The notes below the pieces were generated by a model that saw nothing but the letters and a program-made list of their open reading frames with translations, was not told the DNA's origin and did no database searches. The translations under genes and the position numbers were made by a program. From an uncultured Candidatus Saccharibacteria bacterium (lineage in GTDB: Bacteria > Patescibacteriota > Minisyncoccia > Phycocordibacterales > CAIRYW01), in the NCBI GenBank assembly GCA_964446625.1, contig CAYUPH010000002.1, forward strand, positions 69,743-133,742: a stretch of 64,000 bases of DNA, in the 5' to 3' direction. The stretch's first letter is position 1, and the number at the start of each line of letters is the position of its first letter. Below are positions 9,460 to 19,901 of the stretch, piece after piece.

Positions 9460-10809
9460 CTATTTTCCGTCAAGAAAGTCGATATTTGCCTGGATTGTCT
9501 GGGCTTTTGCCATAACTTGGTCTCCGTAAAAAGTGTTTCCTGTACCCGAACAAGGTCGTCCCGAATAGTACTTGCAGGCTGCATTTCGCTCTGCTGTGTA
9601 AGACCCAGAAATTGCGCCTAAATCAGCCATATAGAGTGAAGTTGCTGTAATTGCATGCTCTGGCTTCCAAGGATCAGCAACGCTGTCTCCACTAATTTTC
9701 TCAATTCTTGTCTTAAAGAGCATCCATGTAGAAGGAATAAACTGCGACGGTCCCATCGCTCCTCCGTAGCCTACAGTAAATGGGCATGAAACTCGTGTCT
9801 TATAAGGGTCCCTTCCAAGCTCTTTTGTAATTGAAAGAAACGGTGCAACATCACGAGTTGGCTTCATCACATTTGCAATTTCTACCCCTGTTGTGACACG
9901 GATTCCCGCACCGGTTTCAGAATTTGAAAGATAACAACTTCCCACATTGGCTCCAAGGTTACTTTCTTGTGTCAAAATCGCAAGAATAAGTGCTGGCCTA
10001 ACCCCAGTAGACTTAGAAGCTTTCTTTGCAAAGTCGAGTGCGTCTCCAAAAGGAATAGCAGCGGCATCACGAAGTGAGAAAAGTGCTGCTCGAATTTCAG
10101 CTGCTCTTTTTGCTTTGTCGGCAATCACTTTTTGGTACCCCGCCTGCTCTGCTTGGTTAAGAGAAAGAAGTCTTTTCTTTTCTGCTTCAGCTTTTTCGAT
10201 GGTCTTTTTTTCTTGCTCAACGTTTACCCTTGTATCAATCTCTTGATTTCTTTTCTCACCTAGATTTTCCCGTTCCTCTTCATTTGATCTTTTTGTGTCA
10301 CGAAGTTCAGTAAAGGTTTCTTTCATCGAGTTTTCAAGAGAAAGAAAAAGTTCAGCATCAGCAATAGACTCAGAAAAACTCTCTGTCCCAAGGAGAAGCT
10401 CAGGGAGAGAAAAATCATCGAGCTCCCGAGTCCGTCGCATAATTTGAGCAAGAGACTCTTTACCCTGATCAATATTTTGATCGAGGGAAGCAATAGTTTT
10501 TGTTTTTACAACAATATCTTTCCCTAGCCTTTCGATCGCAAGGTTGTGCTTCTGGATTTTTAGCTGGGCTTCTTTTATTTTTGCGTTCAGAATTGCAATA
10601 TCCCGTGAAATAGAGGCTCCTTCCTGTTGCTTTGTTGAAAGAATATTTTGTTGCTCTTTGATTTCTCTTTCGATTTGCTCAAGCTCTTTTTGAAGTCTTG
10701 CTTTTCGCTCATCTTCTGTTTCAGCAAACGCGAAAGACGCCACAGAGACTACTGTGACAAATGCAAACAAAAAGATCAAAAAATGTTTATATCGTTTTTT
10801 ATGGATCAT
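9460..10809 (-). CDS. Secreted coiled-coil protein with C-terminal lytic transglycosylase domain
   Basis: Signal peptide, long heptad region, AILTQES catalytic Glu, GAMGPSQFIPSTW (MltB/SLT_2-like). Confidence 0.85.
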   Translation of the reverse strand: MIHKKRYKHFLIFLFAFVTVVSVASFAFAETEDERKARLQKELEQIEREIKEQQNILSTKQQEGASISRDIAILNAKIKEAQLKIQKHNLAIERLGKDIVVKTKTIASLDQNIDQGKESLAQIMRRTRELDDFSLPELLLGTESFSESIADAELFLSLENSMKETFTELRDTKRSNEEERENLGEKRNQEIDTRVNVEQEKKTIEKAEAEKKRLLSLNQAEQAGYQKVIADKAKRAAEIRAALFSLRDAAAIPFGDALDFAKKASKSTGVRPALILAILTQESNLGANVGSCYLSNSETGAGIRVTTGVEIANVMKPTRDVAPFLSITKELGRDPYKTRVSCPFTVGYGGAMGPSQFIPSTWMLFKTRIEKISGDSVADPWKPEHAITATSLYMADLGAISGSYTAERNAACKYYSGRPCSGTGNTFYGDQVMAKAQTIQANIDFLDGK

Positions 10810-10821
10810 AACGAAGCTTCT

Positions 10822-11460
10822 TTAGGCTTCAGTCGATTCTCCTTCTTTCGCTTCCTTTCCTTTCTTTTCTACTTCAATTGCAGACAAGTCAACAGTAGTT
10901 GGTGTATCTGTCTCTTCTTTAGGCATAACAACTGATGCAACAATTTCCTCTGGTTTTGTGACAAGAGAAACGCCTTTTGGTAATTTAATATCTCCGGCTG
11001 TAATGTTTGAATCAAGGGTAACAAGTGCAGAAATATCTACTGTAAGTTCGTGTGGTAGGTTTTCTGGAAGGGCTTCTACTTCAACTTCGTGTACCACCTT
11101 TACGAGGATAGCTCCGCTTTCTTTTACTGCAGGAGATACACCTTCGAATTCAACTGGTACAGAAACCTGAAGTTTCTTTCCTTTTTCGATAACATAAAAA
11201 TCTGCGTGTCTAACAGTACCAGAAAGAGGGTCTCGGTCCACATCATGAATCATCACATCGTGGTTTCCAGCGTCTCCAGAAAGAGTAATCACAGTAGATT
11301 CACCTGCTTCTTTCCACACCTTATCAAAATCCTTTTGTTTTACAGAAATAGAAACAGGAGACTGCTTTCGGCCGTAAAATACAGCAGGAATAAAGCCTTC
11401 TGCTCGGAGGTTTCTAAGGTTTTCGTTTGATTCTCTTTTCTTTGTTTCTAGCGTTACCAT
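10822..11460 (-). CDS. rplY: 50S ribosomal protein L25/Ctc
   Basis: LRAEGFIPAVFYG, HADFY, TL5-type C-terminal domain. Confidence 0.95.
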   Translation of the reverse strand: MVTLETKKRESNENLRNLRAEGFIPAVFYGRKQSPVSISVKQKDFDKVWKEAGESTVITLSGDAGNHDVMIHDVDRDPLSGTVRHADFYVIEKGKKLQVSVPVEFEGVSPAVKESGAILVKVVHEVEVEALPENLPHELTVDISALVTLDSNITAGDIKLPKGVSLVTKPEEIVASVVMPKEETDTPTTVDLSAIEVEKKGKEAKEGESTEA

Positions 11461-11514
11461 AGACCGTATATTACACGATATTTTTAAAAAATCAAATTCC
11501 TTCGTTTTTGGCTC

Positions 11515-12369
11515 TTATCCGAGAAAACTAAAGGTTTTTAGCTTCTCAGTGACAAGGTTTTTCATCTCGGCAACACTCTCTGCAAGGTATTTGTAGGGCG
11601 CCACCTCTCTTGGAGAGTCTGAAAGCCCTTTTTGAAGCCCCTCTTTAAAGGCGACACGAAGCTCTGTGTTTATATGCACAACAGAAACCCCTGCTTTTAT
11701 CGCAGCCTGAACATCTTCTTTACTGTTCCCTGAAGCGCCGTGCAAAACAAGGGGCACTCCGGTCTTTTCTGCAATTTCTCTTACTCTCTCAATATCGAGA
11801 CGAGGATCAGGAACTCCCTGAAGCATGCCGTGAATATTTCCAATAGCGGGTGCAAAGAGACTCACTCCTGTTTCTTTTACAAAGCGCTCTGCATCTTCTG
11901 CACTTGTAAGCTCGATTCCTTCTGGCACTCCATCAAGAATTTTTGAAGACTGTCCAATGTAGCCGAGCTCTGCCTCAACCAAGACTTCCCTTCCCGAGCT
12001 TCTTGTATACTCAACACACTCTTTTGTTTTTTGGATATTTTCTTCGAGAGTAAGCTTTGCTCCATCAAAAATGACAGCATCAAAGCCAGCGTCAATTGCT
12101 TCTTTTACTCTTTCTACTGAGTATGTGTGATCCGCATTTAAAAAGACTGGCAGCCCCTCTTTTTCTCTGGCAGCTTTTACCAGTGCTACGGCTTCTTCTA
12201 TTCCAAAAAAGTCTCTTTCCCCTTCAGAGAGGCCGATAATAACCGGAAGCGAGAGTTCGCGGGCTGACTGAACGATTGCATGAAAAGCCTCAAGGTTTGA
12301 AATATTGAAATGCCCAACCGCCTTCCCCTCTGCTTTTGCTTCTAAAATATATTCTTTTAGTGTTTTCAT
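11515..12369 (-). CDS. fba: Class II fructose-bisphosphate aldolase
   Basis: FLNADH, VEAELG, AIGNIHG, LVLHGASG, INTELR. Confidence 0.93.
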   Translation of the reverse strand: MKTLKEYILEAKAEGKAVGHFNISNLEAFHAIVQSARELSLPVIIGLSEGERDFFGIEEAVALVKAAREKEGLPVFLNADHTYSVERVKEAIDAGFDAVIFDGAKLTLEENIQKTKECVEYTRSSGREVLVEAELGYIGQSSKILDGVPEGIELTSAEDAERFVKETGVSLFAPAIGNIHGMLQGVPDPRLDIERVREIAEKTGVPLVLHGASGNSKEDVQAAIKAGVSVVHINTELRVAFKEGLQKGLSDSPREVAPYKYLAESVAEMKNLVTEKLKTFSFLG

Positions 12370-12455
12370 GATTAAAAGTATATCACGGCTAAAAAGAAGG
12401 CATGTTTCGATTAAATATTTACAAAATTATAAAAGTGATGTATTATGAATTTGGT

Positions 12456-12626
12456 ATGAACGTACAAAAAAACTCCTGGGAGGAAAGGCTCCGCCTTTGG
12501 CTTGAAAAAAGGCATCCTTTGCCCATTCTTGCGGTGCGGTGTGTAATCACACTGTTCACTTTTCTAAGTTTCGCCACACAGTGGGTGTGGTATAGTTTCA
12601 AAAGAGCATGCAGGCGGACCCCCTAG
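12456..12626 (+). CDS. Small ORFan (56 aa) with its own promoter and terminator
   Basis: TTTACA-17-TATTAT (12418-12446) just upstream of ATG; hairpin+T7 overlapping the stop (12610-12642); hydrophobic C-terminal half. Confidence 0.5.
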   Translation: MNVQKNSWEERLRLWLEKRHPLPILAVRCVITLFTFLSFATQWVWYSFKRACRRTP

Positions 12627-12688
12627 GTCTCCTGCTTTTTTTAATTCCCCTCACTTTTTTTTCTGATATAATTTGTCTACACAAATAT

Positions 12689-13696
12689 ATGTTTAATTTC
12701 ACAAAAAATAAGTCCTACGACATGGTCGCTCTCGGTGACACTGTCGTTGATGCGTTTATCAAACTAAAAGAGGCTCATGTTACTTGCAAAATCGACAATA
12801 CAGAGTGCGAGATTTGCATGAAGTTTGCGGATAAAATTCCCTACGAATCAGTCGAGGTAATAAACGGAGTAGGAAACAGTGCAAACGCTGCAGTGTCTGC
12901 TGCAAGACTTGGGCTCCACACTGCGCTCATCACCAACCTAGGCGACGACTCTTACGCAAAAGATGTTTTGGAGTATTTCAAAAAAGAAAAAGTAAGTACT
13001 GAGTTCGTAAAAGAGAACAAAGGCAAAAAAACGAATTATCACTATGTACTGTGGTATGGAGCAGAAAGAACGATTCTCATAAAACACGAAGACTACGAAT
13101 ATACATTTCCAAAGAATCTCAAAACAAATTGGCTCTACCTTAGCTCACTTGGAGAAAAGTCACTTCCTCTTCACAGCGAAATCGCAAACTACCTTTCAGA
13201 AAACACAGAGACAAAACTTGTTTTTCAGCCCGGAACCTACCAAATCCGTTTTGGAAAAGAAGCACTCCAGGAAATTTATAAAAGGACAGAAATCTTTTTC
13301 TGTAACAAAGAAGAGGCTGCAAAAATTCTTGGTGTAGCAGATACCAATATACCTTCCCTCATGAAACAAATCGCAGAGCTTGGCCCAAAAATTGTCGTAC
13401 TCACAGACGGACCAAACGGAGCTTACGCACTGCGAGATGGAAAAACTTTCTTTGCTCCTCCCTATCCTGATCCCAAACCCCCGTTTGAGAGAACGGGAGC
13501 AGGAGATGCTTACGCCTCTACTTTTGCTTCCGCAATTGCAAAAGGAAAAAGCACAGAAGAAGCGCTTCTTTGGGCAGGCGTAAACTCTATGTCAGTTGTT
13601 CAAGATGTTGGCGCGCAAAAAGGACTCCTCTCAGAAGAAAAGATTCAGGAGTGGTTACAAAAAGCACCCGAGAGTTATAAAGTAAAAGAAATATAG
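12689..13696 (+). CDS. PfkB-family carbohydrate kinase
   Basis: GNSANAAV, ERTGAGDAY; start set at ATG 12689 after TGATATAAT (12664-12672). Confidence 0.92.
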   Translation: MFNFTKNKSYDMVALGDTVVDAFIKLKEAHVTCKIDNTECEICMKFADKIPYESVEVINGVGNSANAAVSAARLGLHTALITNLGDDSYAKDVLEYFKKEKVSTEFVKENKGKKTNYHYVLWYGAERTILIKHEDYEYTFPKNLKTNWLYLSSLGEKSLPLHSEIANYLSENTETKLVFQPGTYQIRFGKEALQEIYKRTEIFFCNKEEAAKILGVADTNIPSLMKQIAELGPKIVVLTDGPNGAYALRDGKTFFAPPYPDPKPPFERTGAGDAYASTFASAIAKGKSTEEALLWAGVNSMSVVQDVGAQKGLLSEEKIQEWLQKAPESYKVKEI

Positions 13697-13697
13697 T

Positions 13698-14189
13698 ATG
13701 GCAGAAAATGAACCAAACCCTATTAATTGGGAGAGTGCCGAAGTAAAAGCAGCGAGAATCGAGGCTTTGGAAAGTCTTGAAAAGGCTCTTGCTTCTGTAG
13801 AAATTGATGAGATGCGCCGAAAATTATTTGAAGACCTAAACTCTCTTATAGAAAGAGATAGCGCGTTGCATGTTATGGTTGTCCTAGATGAAATGGAGAA
13901 ACTAAATGACAAAATTGAAACATTGAAAAAAGAACAAAAAGACTTGGAAACTCAAAGAGATGCTCTACAGAAGGAAACTGAAAGTGATGAAGAAAAAGGT
14001 GAAATAGTTCATGACTTAAATTCTTTAATTACAGACAAAGTAAGAAAATTAAGAGAGGTAGAAGAAAGTTTGATAGGACGAATAAAAGTGATTGAAGCTA
14101 TTTTTTTGAGTAAAGAAAAAAGTAGTAGTGATATATTCCCTCCACAATCTCCTTATAATCTTTTAAAAAAAAGTTACGGAATAGAATAA
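13698..14189 (+). CDS. Hypothetical coiled-coil protein
   Basis: 163 aa, Glu/Lys/Leu-rich heptads, directly after pfkB. Confidence 0.7.
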   Translation: MAENEPNPINWESAEVKAARIEALESLEKALASVEIDEMRRKLFEDLNSLIERDSALHVMVVLDEMEKLNDKIETLKKEQKDLETQRDALQKETESDEEKGEIVHDLNSLITDKVRKLREVEESLIGRIKVIEAIFLSKEKSSSDIFPPQSPYNLLKKSYGIE

Positions 14190-14190
14190 C

Positions 14191-15180
14191 CTACTTCCTC
14201 CCTAAAACCTTAGTGATTGCTCTAAGAATCGCTTTTTCTCCCAAATTGTAATACTCAATTAGTTCTTCTGGCGTACCAGATTGACCAAAAAGATTAGAAA
14301 CTCCTACAAATTCAATAGGCATAGGGTGGTTTTCTGCCAAACACTCAGCGATTGCACTCCCAAGCCCTCCCGCTTTTTGGTGCTCCTCAACAGTTACCAC
14401 AGCACCCGCCCGCTTTGCTTCTTCTACAACAGTTTTTATATCAAGAGGTTTTATAGTGTGCACATTTATGACCGACACCTGTCTTCCATTTTGTCTCAAA
14501 TTTTCTGCAACAAGGAGCGCTTTTGAAACAAGTGCTCCTGTCGCAAAGATTGCCACTTCAGGTTTTTCAGCTGTAAACAAAACTTCTGCTTTACCAATTT
14601 TAAAATGTGAATCCTCTGTTGTAATTACTGGAGTTTTTTCTCGAGCAAGGCGGATATAAACTGGCGACGAAACTTCTGAAGAAAGCGCAGCAAGAGTTGC
14701 CTTTTTTGCTTCAATCGCATCACATGGAGAAATGACTATCATATTTGGAAGAACGCGCATGAGTGCAATATCTTCGAGAGCTTGGTGCGTACCACCGTCT
14801 GGTCCTACAGAAACTCCGGCGTGGCTTCCTGCAATAACAACTTTCCTATCGTTGTAACAAATTGTGGTGCGAATCTGTTCCCAGTTTCTACCTGGAGAAA
14901 ACATTGCATACGAAGAGATAACAGGAAGCTTTCCCATTGCTGACATGCCACTTGCAACCGAAGCAAGGTTTTGTTCTGCGACACCCATTTCAACAAAACG
15001 CTCCGGAAACTTTTTCTTAAAAAGGTGCATCTGCGTTGATTCAGTGAGGTCGGCGCATAGTGCAACAATTGAAGCGTCTTTTTCTCCTGCAATAACTAAA
15101 CCTTCTCCAAGTCCTTTTCGAATTGGCACTTGCTCACACTCTGGTGAAAAAAGTTTTTTGTTTAAATGATTTTGGAGCAT
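14191..15180 (-). CDS. Transketolase C-terminal subunit
   Basis: ADLTEST, MGVAEQN, GPDGGTHQ, TIKPLD, VEEH. Confidence 0.95.
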   Translation of the reverse strand: MLQNHLNKKLFSPECEQVPIRKGLGEGLVIAGEKDASIVALCADLTESTQMHLFKKKFPERFVEMGVAEQNLASVASGMSAMGKLPVISSYAMFSPGRNWEQIRTTICYNDRKVVIAGSHAGVSVGPDGGTHQALEDIALMRVLPNMIVISPCDAIEAKKATLAALSSEVSSPVYIRLAREKTPVITTEDSHFKIGKAEVLFTAEKPEVAIFATGALVSKALLVAENLRQNGRQVSVINVHTIKPLDIKTVVEEAKRAGAVVTVEEHQKAGGLGSAIAECLAENHPMPIEFVGVSNLFGQSGTPEELIEYYNLGEKAILRAITKVLGRK

Positions 15181-15192
15181 TATAAAATATAA

Positions 15193-15582
15193 CTAATTAC
15201 CTGTTTCTCCTTTTTTCTGTAGTCCCCTTTTTCCAAGTGAATACTTTCCTCCTCCAGTAAAAATAAGCACAACCCCGAGAACAAATAGTGCTCCAGGTAT
15301 TAGAGCTCCTGCTCCTGGAGAAAGGTAGGTAGCTCCCGCCATAATAATTCCCGCTCCTACTGCCGCAAGCTCAGTATAGATCCCAAGAAGAACGCCAAGA
15401 CCCGCAAGAACTTCTCCTACAGCAACTAGCCAAAAGATAGTTGAAGAGAGTCCTAAAACACTAAACTCCTCCACCATACTCGCAGGATCTATGAGTTTCA
15501 TCACTCCTGCAAAAACAAACATTCCCCCGAGAACAATTCGGATTATAAGAAGAATAATATTTTTTGTTTTTTTTTGTTGCAT
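15193..15582 (-). CDS. DoxX family membrane protein
   Basis: RIVLGGMFVFAGVMK, GEVLAG, GGGKYSL. Confidence 0.85.
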   Translation of the reverse strand: MQQKKTKNIILLIIRIVLGGMFVFAGVMKLIDPASMVEEFSVLGLSSTIFWLVAVGEVLAGLGVLLGIYTELAAVGAGIIMAGATYLSPGAGALIPGALFVLGVVLIFTGGGKYSLGKRGLQKKGETGN

Positions 15583-15619
15583 ATATTTTGTGATTAGTTT
15601 TTATTATTGTAACATGATC

Positions 15620-15997
15620 CTATTTTTTGGTTCGATATGCTTTTTTTATTTTTTCGTACACACCCGTGCCGTGTTTTTCAGTTTTTCCTTTAAAAGCAGA
15701 CGCAGGGTACTTTTTTCCTGCTTTAATGAGTTTCACCTCCGCTGCTTTTTCTAAATCAAAAGAGAGTCTATTTGCGAGTTCACTGCAGTATATGATTATG
15801 TCCCCCACTTCATCTCTTACAGCTTCGTATTTTTCTTTGTTTGCTTTTATTTCTTCCGCGCTCCAGTTCTGCCACTGGAAATGCTCGAGGAGTTCCGCAG
15901 ATTCTATCGAAATAGACTTCACTAAATCTGCAGGTGGGAGACAATCCCAATCTCTCGCCTTCATAAACTTTCTAATCTTTTCTTGAAACTTTTTCAT
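15620..15997 (-). CDS. MazG-like nucleotide pyrophosphohydrolase
   Basis: RDW...SISIESAELLEHFQW...DEVGD...KYP. Confidence 0.9.
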   Translation of the reverse strand: MKKFQEKIRKFMKARDWDCLPPADLVKSISIESAELLEHFQWQNWSAEEIKANKEKYEAVRDEVGDIIIYCSELANRLSFDLEKAAEVKLIKAGKKYPASAFKGKTEKHGTGVYEKIKKAYRTKK

Positions 15998-16867
15998 CTA
16001 CTCGTGCTCGCTTTTTATTTCTCCGCCCCAGTTTCTTAGTTCCTTTAGCGCAAGGAGTGCCTCTTCTTTTGTAGGCGCTTTGCCATGCCATTCGTATTTT
16101 CTTTCAAATGCTTTTACACCTTTTCCTGGAATTGTGTGCGCAATTATAACGGACGGCATTTCAAAGACACTCTGCGCTTCGCCAAGTGCTCGTACTATAT
16201 CGCGAAAATCATGGCCGTTTATTTCTTCTACATGGAAATTAAACGCTTTTAGCTTATCTGCTAAAGGGTTAAGAGGCATTACATCTTCTGTAAAGCCATC
16301 TATTTGAATATTGTTTCTGTCAATAATCACAGTTAGGTTTTGGAGTTTCTCTTTTCCTGCAAGCATAAAAGCCTCCCAGTTTTGTCCCTCGTCGAGCTCA
16401 CCGTCTCCTAGGAGACAATAAAACTGCTTAGAAGAGTTTTTTCCATTGTCGATTCTGTCAGCAAGCGCCATACCAACAGCTTGAGAAAGTCCGCTTCCGA
16501 GTGGCCCTGACGAAGTTTCGACAATAGGCAGAAACTCTCTGTGTGGGTGCCCTTGAAGCTTTGAACCGAATTTACGCAGAGTCTTAAGCTCAGAAAGCCT
16601 CAGTGCGCCTGTGTGTGCAAGCGTCGCATAGTAAACAGGACAAATATGTCCATTAGACAGGACTAGCCGGTCCCTATCTTCCTTGCTCGGATTTTTTGGA
16701 TCAAAATTGAGCACATGAAAATACAGAGCAGTAAAAACATCTGTCATACCAAGAGGTCCTGCAGTGTGTCCACTTCCAGCTTCAGAAAGCATCTCAACAA
16801 TAGACTCACGAATTGCGCGCGCTTTTTCTTCTAAAAATTTTACTTTTTCTTCACTTAGAGGAAGCAT
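15998..16867 (-). CDS. Transketolase N-terminal (ThDP-binding) subunit
   Basis: SGH, RDRLVLSNGH, LQGHP, GDGELDEG...N. Confidence 0.95.
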   Translation of the reverse strand: MLPLSEEKVKFLEEKARAIRESIVEMLSEAGSGHTAGPLGMTDVFTALYFHVLNFDPKNPSKEDRDRLVLSNGHICPVYYATLAHTGALRLSELKTLRKFGSKLQGHPHREFLPIVETSSGPLGSGLSQAVGMALADRIDNGKNSSKQFYCLLGDGELDEGQNWEAFMLAGKEKLQNLTVIIDRNNIQIDGFTEDVMPLNPLADKLKAFNFHVEEINGHDFRDIVRALGEAQSVFEMPSVIIAHTIPGKGVKAFERKYEWHGKAPTKEEALLALKELRNWGGEIKSEHE

Positions 16868-16874
16868 GCTTACA

Positions 16875-17552
16875 TTATAGCAAACCCTCGATTTCTTTTA
16901 CTGCTTCTATTGGATTTGTAGAGTTTAAAATAAACGAACCTGCGATGACGCGATCAGCTCCTGCATCAAAAACTTTGTCCGCAGTTTCAGGATTCATGCC
17001 ACCATCTACAGAAATGACTAAGTCAGGAAATTCTGTTTTTAGTAATTTTATAAAATCAGGTACTTTCTCATCAAAAGGTTCCCCTTGGTAGCCAATACGT
17101 CGAATGCCCATAACTTGCACGAAGTCAGCAAAGGGTAATATATTTTTTATTTTTTCAATACTCTCTCCTGTCATGACAGCAATTCCCACTTCAACAATTC
17201 CTTCATTTTTAAATGTCTCAAGCTTCGAAATATCGCTCTCGGGAAACGACGCGAGGTGAAAGATAATCTTTGCTGCACCTGCTTTTACAAAATCCTCTGC
17301 TATCGAAAAAGGATTTTTTACCATAAGATCAATTTCAAAATCAAAATTCTCCCAATACGGCATCCCCTCTTCTCCTTCTATAATCTTTTCAAAATTTTTG
17401 TCTGCCTTTGCAAGTGGCCAAGAAGTTCGCCCAGCAAAAAAACCATCAGTGACATCTATCTGCACTTCTCTTGCAACACCCTTTAGTAGTTCAAGTTTTT
17501 CTTTGAGTTCATAAAAAGTGAGAGGAAGAACTGCGGGAATTACTTTTCTCAT
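16875..17552 (-). CDS. rpe: Ribulose-phosphate 3-epimerase
   Basis: QIDVTDG, EIDLMV, VQVMG..GYQG, SVDGG, AGS. Confidence 0.9.
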   Translation of the reverse strand: MRKVIPAVLPLTFYELKEKLELLKGVAREVQIDVTDGFFAGRTSWPLAKADKNFEKIIEGEEGMPYWENFDFEIDLMVKNPFSIAEDFVKAGAAKIIFHLASFPESDISKLETFKNEGIVEVGIAVMTGESIEKIKNILPFADFVQVMGIRRIGYQGEPFDEKVPDFIKLLKTEFPDLVISVDGGMNPETADKVFDAGADRVIAGSFILNSTNPIEAVKEIEGLL

Positions 17553-18022
17553 CCTAGATTGTCTATTTTTTTAATTCGGCGAACATGTCTTTCGTCTCCA
17601 GAGAATTTCGTTCCAAGCCACGCATTGATTGCAATCTTTGCATCCGTCGCATTTAAAAATCGAGCGCCAAGTGAAAGTATGTTTGCGTCATTGTGTTCTC
17701 TCGAGAGTTTGATTTCGTTTGGCACAATTCTTTTGTCTTTTGGCTCATATTGTCCATTGAACACAATTGCTCTCACACCTTTATAACGATTACAAACAAT
17801 TGCTTCTCCTTGCCCGCTTCCACCAATTACAATTCCACGCCCTTCTGGATCTTTTGCTATTTCCTCTGCAACTTTTGAAACAAAATCAGGATAATCGTCG
17901 TTTGGGTCAAGTGCCATTGCACCTTTGTCTTCAACTTCATACCCAAGACTTTGAAGAAATGGTTTGATTTCTTCTTTTAGAGCAAATCCTGCATGGTCTG
18001 ATGCAATATAAATTCTAGACAT
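17549..18022 (-). CDS. rpiB: Ribose-5-phosphate isomerase B
   Basis: IASDHAG, DYPD, GGSGQG, SREHNDAN, RHVRRI. Confidence 0.93.
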   Translation of the reverse strand: MSRIYIASDHAGFALKEEIKPFLQSLGYEVEDKGAMALDPNDDYPDFVSKVAEEIAKDPEGRGIVIGGSGQGEAIVCNRYKGVRAIVFNGQYEPKDKRIVPNEIKLSREHNDANILSLGARFLNATDAKIAINAWLGTKFSGDERHVRRIKKIDNLG

Positions 18023-18026
18023 AGAA

Positions 18027-18776
18027 TTAGCTTTTTGTAACCTCAAACTTTACACCATTTGAGCCTACACCAGTATTAATTTCGTATACCCCCGGTACCA
18101 CTTTGCTATATTCTTTGCAATTAAAATTCTCAAGAGAACTGCATAATTTATCTTTAACTGTTATTCGTAACCAATTTGAAGATGAGTCTTTGCCACTTTC
18201 TATTTTTTCAAGAACAAAATACACTTTACCTGCTTTATCCTTTAATTGAACAACAGGAACTCCATCAAATTCAGTATTTGTAATGTTACTACCTCTTATC
18301 TCTACTACAGTACCGACAGGACCAGAAGTTGGGTAGATTGATTCAATATATGTATCATGAGAGTTGTGATGCACAACACTATCAAACAATCTCTCAACTT
18401 CAACATTATCACTCTCGGTATATATTGTAATTCTTTGTGGATCATTTCCCACTGTATATCCTGACCAACATCTTTTTGCAGTAGCAATCGAGGAACAAGA
18501 ATGTTCTTTAAAAGAGGTGATAATTTTTATAACAGCATCATCATTCTCTGAAGAAGAAAGGATAGTTTCAGAAAAATCTTTTTTAGAAACATTATCAAGT
18601 GATTCCACCAGCTTCCAATCAGAAGGATAAGAGATTGTAGTGTATCCCCCCACATACTCTTTTGTAATCCATTCTATATTTTTCTCCTCATTAGATTGGT
18701 TAAAATAAAAAAAGTAAGCGCATATCAATAGTACAATTATTAGAATTGACCCCAAATAAAGATTTTTCTTTTTCAT
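18027..18776 (-). CDS. Hypothetical exported protein with IPT/TIG-like C-terminal domain
   Basis: N-terminal TM; IESIYPTSGPVGTVVEIRGSN pattern; AT-rich. Confidence 0.7.
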   Translation of the reverse strand: MKKKNLYLGSILIIVLLICAYFFYFNQSNEEKNIEWITKEYVGGYTTISYPSDWKLVESLDNVSKKDFSETILSSSENDDAVIKIITSFKEHSCSSIATAKRCWSGYTVGNDPQRITIYTESDNVEVERLFDSVVHHNSHDTYIESIYPTSGPVGTVVEIRGSNITNTEFDGVPVVQLKDKAGKVYFVLEKIESGKDSSSNWLRITVKDKLCSSLENFNCKEYSKVVPGVYEINTGVGSNGVKFEVTKS

Positions 18777-18791
18777 AACTCTTTTAAAAAA

Positions 18792-19901
18792 TTAAGTATA
18801 AGTAGGCGTAGCAGGAGCAGGAGAAACCTCTACCGCAGGAGGAACAGGATTTTCTGGAGATTTCATACTGCTTTTTGCTGCCTTTAGCGCATGCAGAACA
18901 AGCGAGTGAGTGTAGCCGATTTCATTGTCATACCACGCACACACTTTTCCTAGATTACTGTCTACAACTCGAGTGAGTGACAAATCAGCTATTGACGCAT
19001 ATACAGAACCAACAATATCAGAAGAAACAAGAGGTTCGTTTGTTACTGTAAAGACATCCTGCCACCTTTCGCTTTGAGATGCTTTTTGCAAAATACCGTT
19101 TATCTCCTCGGTGCTTGTAGGGCGTTTGAAAAGCATAGTAATGTCTGAAATTGACCCTGCAATCACAGGAACTCGCATTGAAATTCCATCGAACTTTCCT
19201 TTGAGTCGAGGCATTGCTTTTGTGACAGCGATTGCAGCTCCGGTAGAAGTAGGGACAATGTTTTGTGCTGCTGCCCTTCCTTCCTTCCAATCTTTTTTAC
19301 TTGGCGAATCTACAAGCGACTGCGAAGCTGTGTAGCCGTGAACTGTCGACAAAATTGCTTTCTCTACACCAATTGCCTCGTCCAAAATCGCAATAACTGG
19401 ACTCGATGCATTTGTTGTACAGCTAGCGTTTGATGTAATAGGTGAAGAACCAAATTCGTTTTCATTGAGCCCCATGAGGATTGTTGGAGTAACTACGCCT
19501 CCTTCTTCATCTTTTGCAGGCGCAGAAATCACAACATGTTTTGCACCAGCATCGAGGTGTGCTTTTGCTTTTTCGTAACTTGTAAAAAGCCCAGTTGATT
19601 CAATTACAATATCAATTTGAAGAGACGCCCACGGAAGACTCTTGGGGTCCTTCTCGCTAAAGTATAGAATTTCTTTTCCTCCAATTGTCAGAGATTTTTT
19701 GTCTGGTGCAGTCGAAACAGCGTATCCACTCTTTCCGTACGCACTGTCGTACTTCATAAGGTACGCAATATTTTCAATATCTGCCAAATCGTTTACAGCA
19801 ACAACTTCCATTTCTTTAAAACCTTGAGCGATTTTATAAAACGCTCGCCCGATTCGCCCTGCTCCGTTTATTGCAACTCTAATTTTTTGACTTCTGTCCA
19901 T
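18792..19901 (-). CDS. gap: Glyceraldehyde-3-phosphate dehydrogenase (type I)
   Basis: INGAGRIGR, SNASCTTN, WYDNE; Pro-rich C-terminal tail. Confidence 0.96.
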   Translation of the reverse strand: MDRSQKIRVAINGAGRIGRAFYKIAQGFKEMEVVAVNDLADIENIAYLMKYDSAYGKSGYAVSTAPDKKSLTIGGKEILYFSEKDPKSLPWASLQIDIVIESTGLFTSYEKAKAHLDAGAKHVVISAPAKDEEGGVVTPTILMGLNENEFGSSPITSNASCTTNASSPVIAILDEAIGVEKAILSTVHGYTASQSLVDSPSKKDWKEGRAAAQNIVPTSTGAAIAVTKAMPRLKGKFDGISMRVPVIAGSISDITMLFKRPTSTEEINGILQKASQSERWQDVFTVTNEPLVSSDIVGSVYASIADLSLTRVVDSNLGKVCAWYDNEIGYTHSLVLHALKAAKSSMKSPENPVPPAVEVSPAPATPTYT

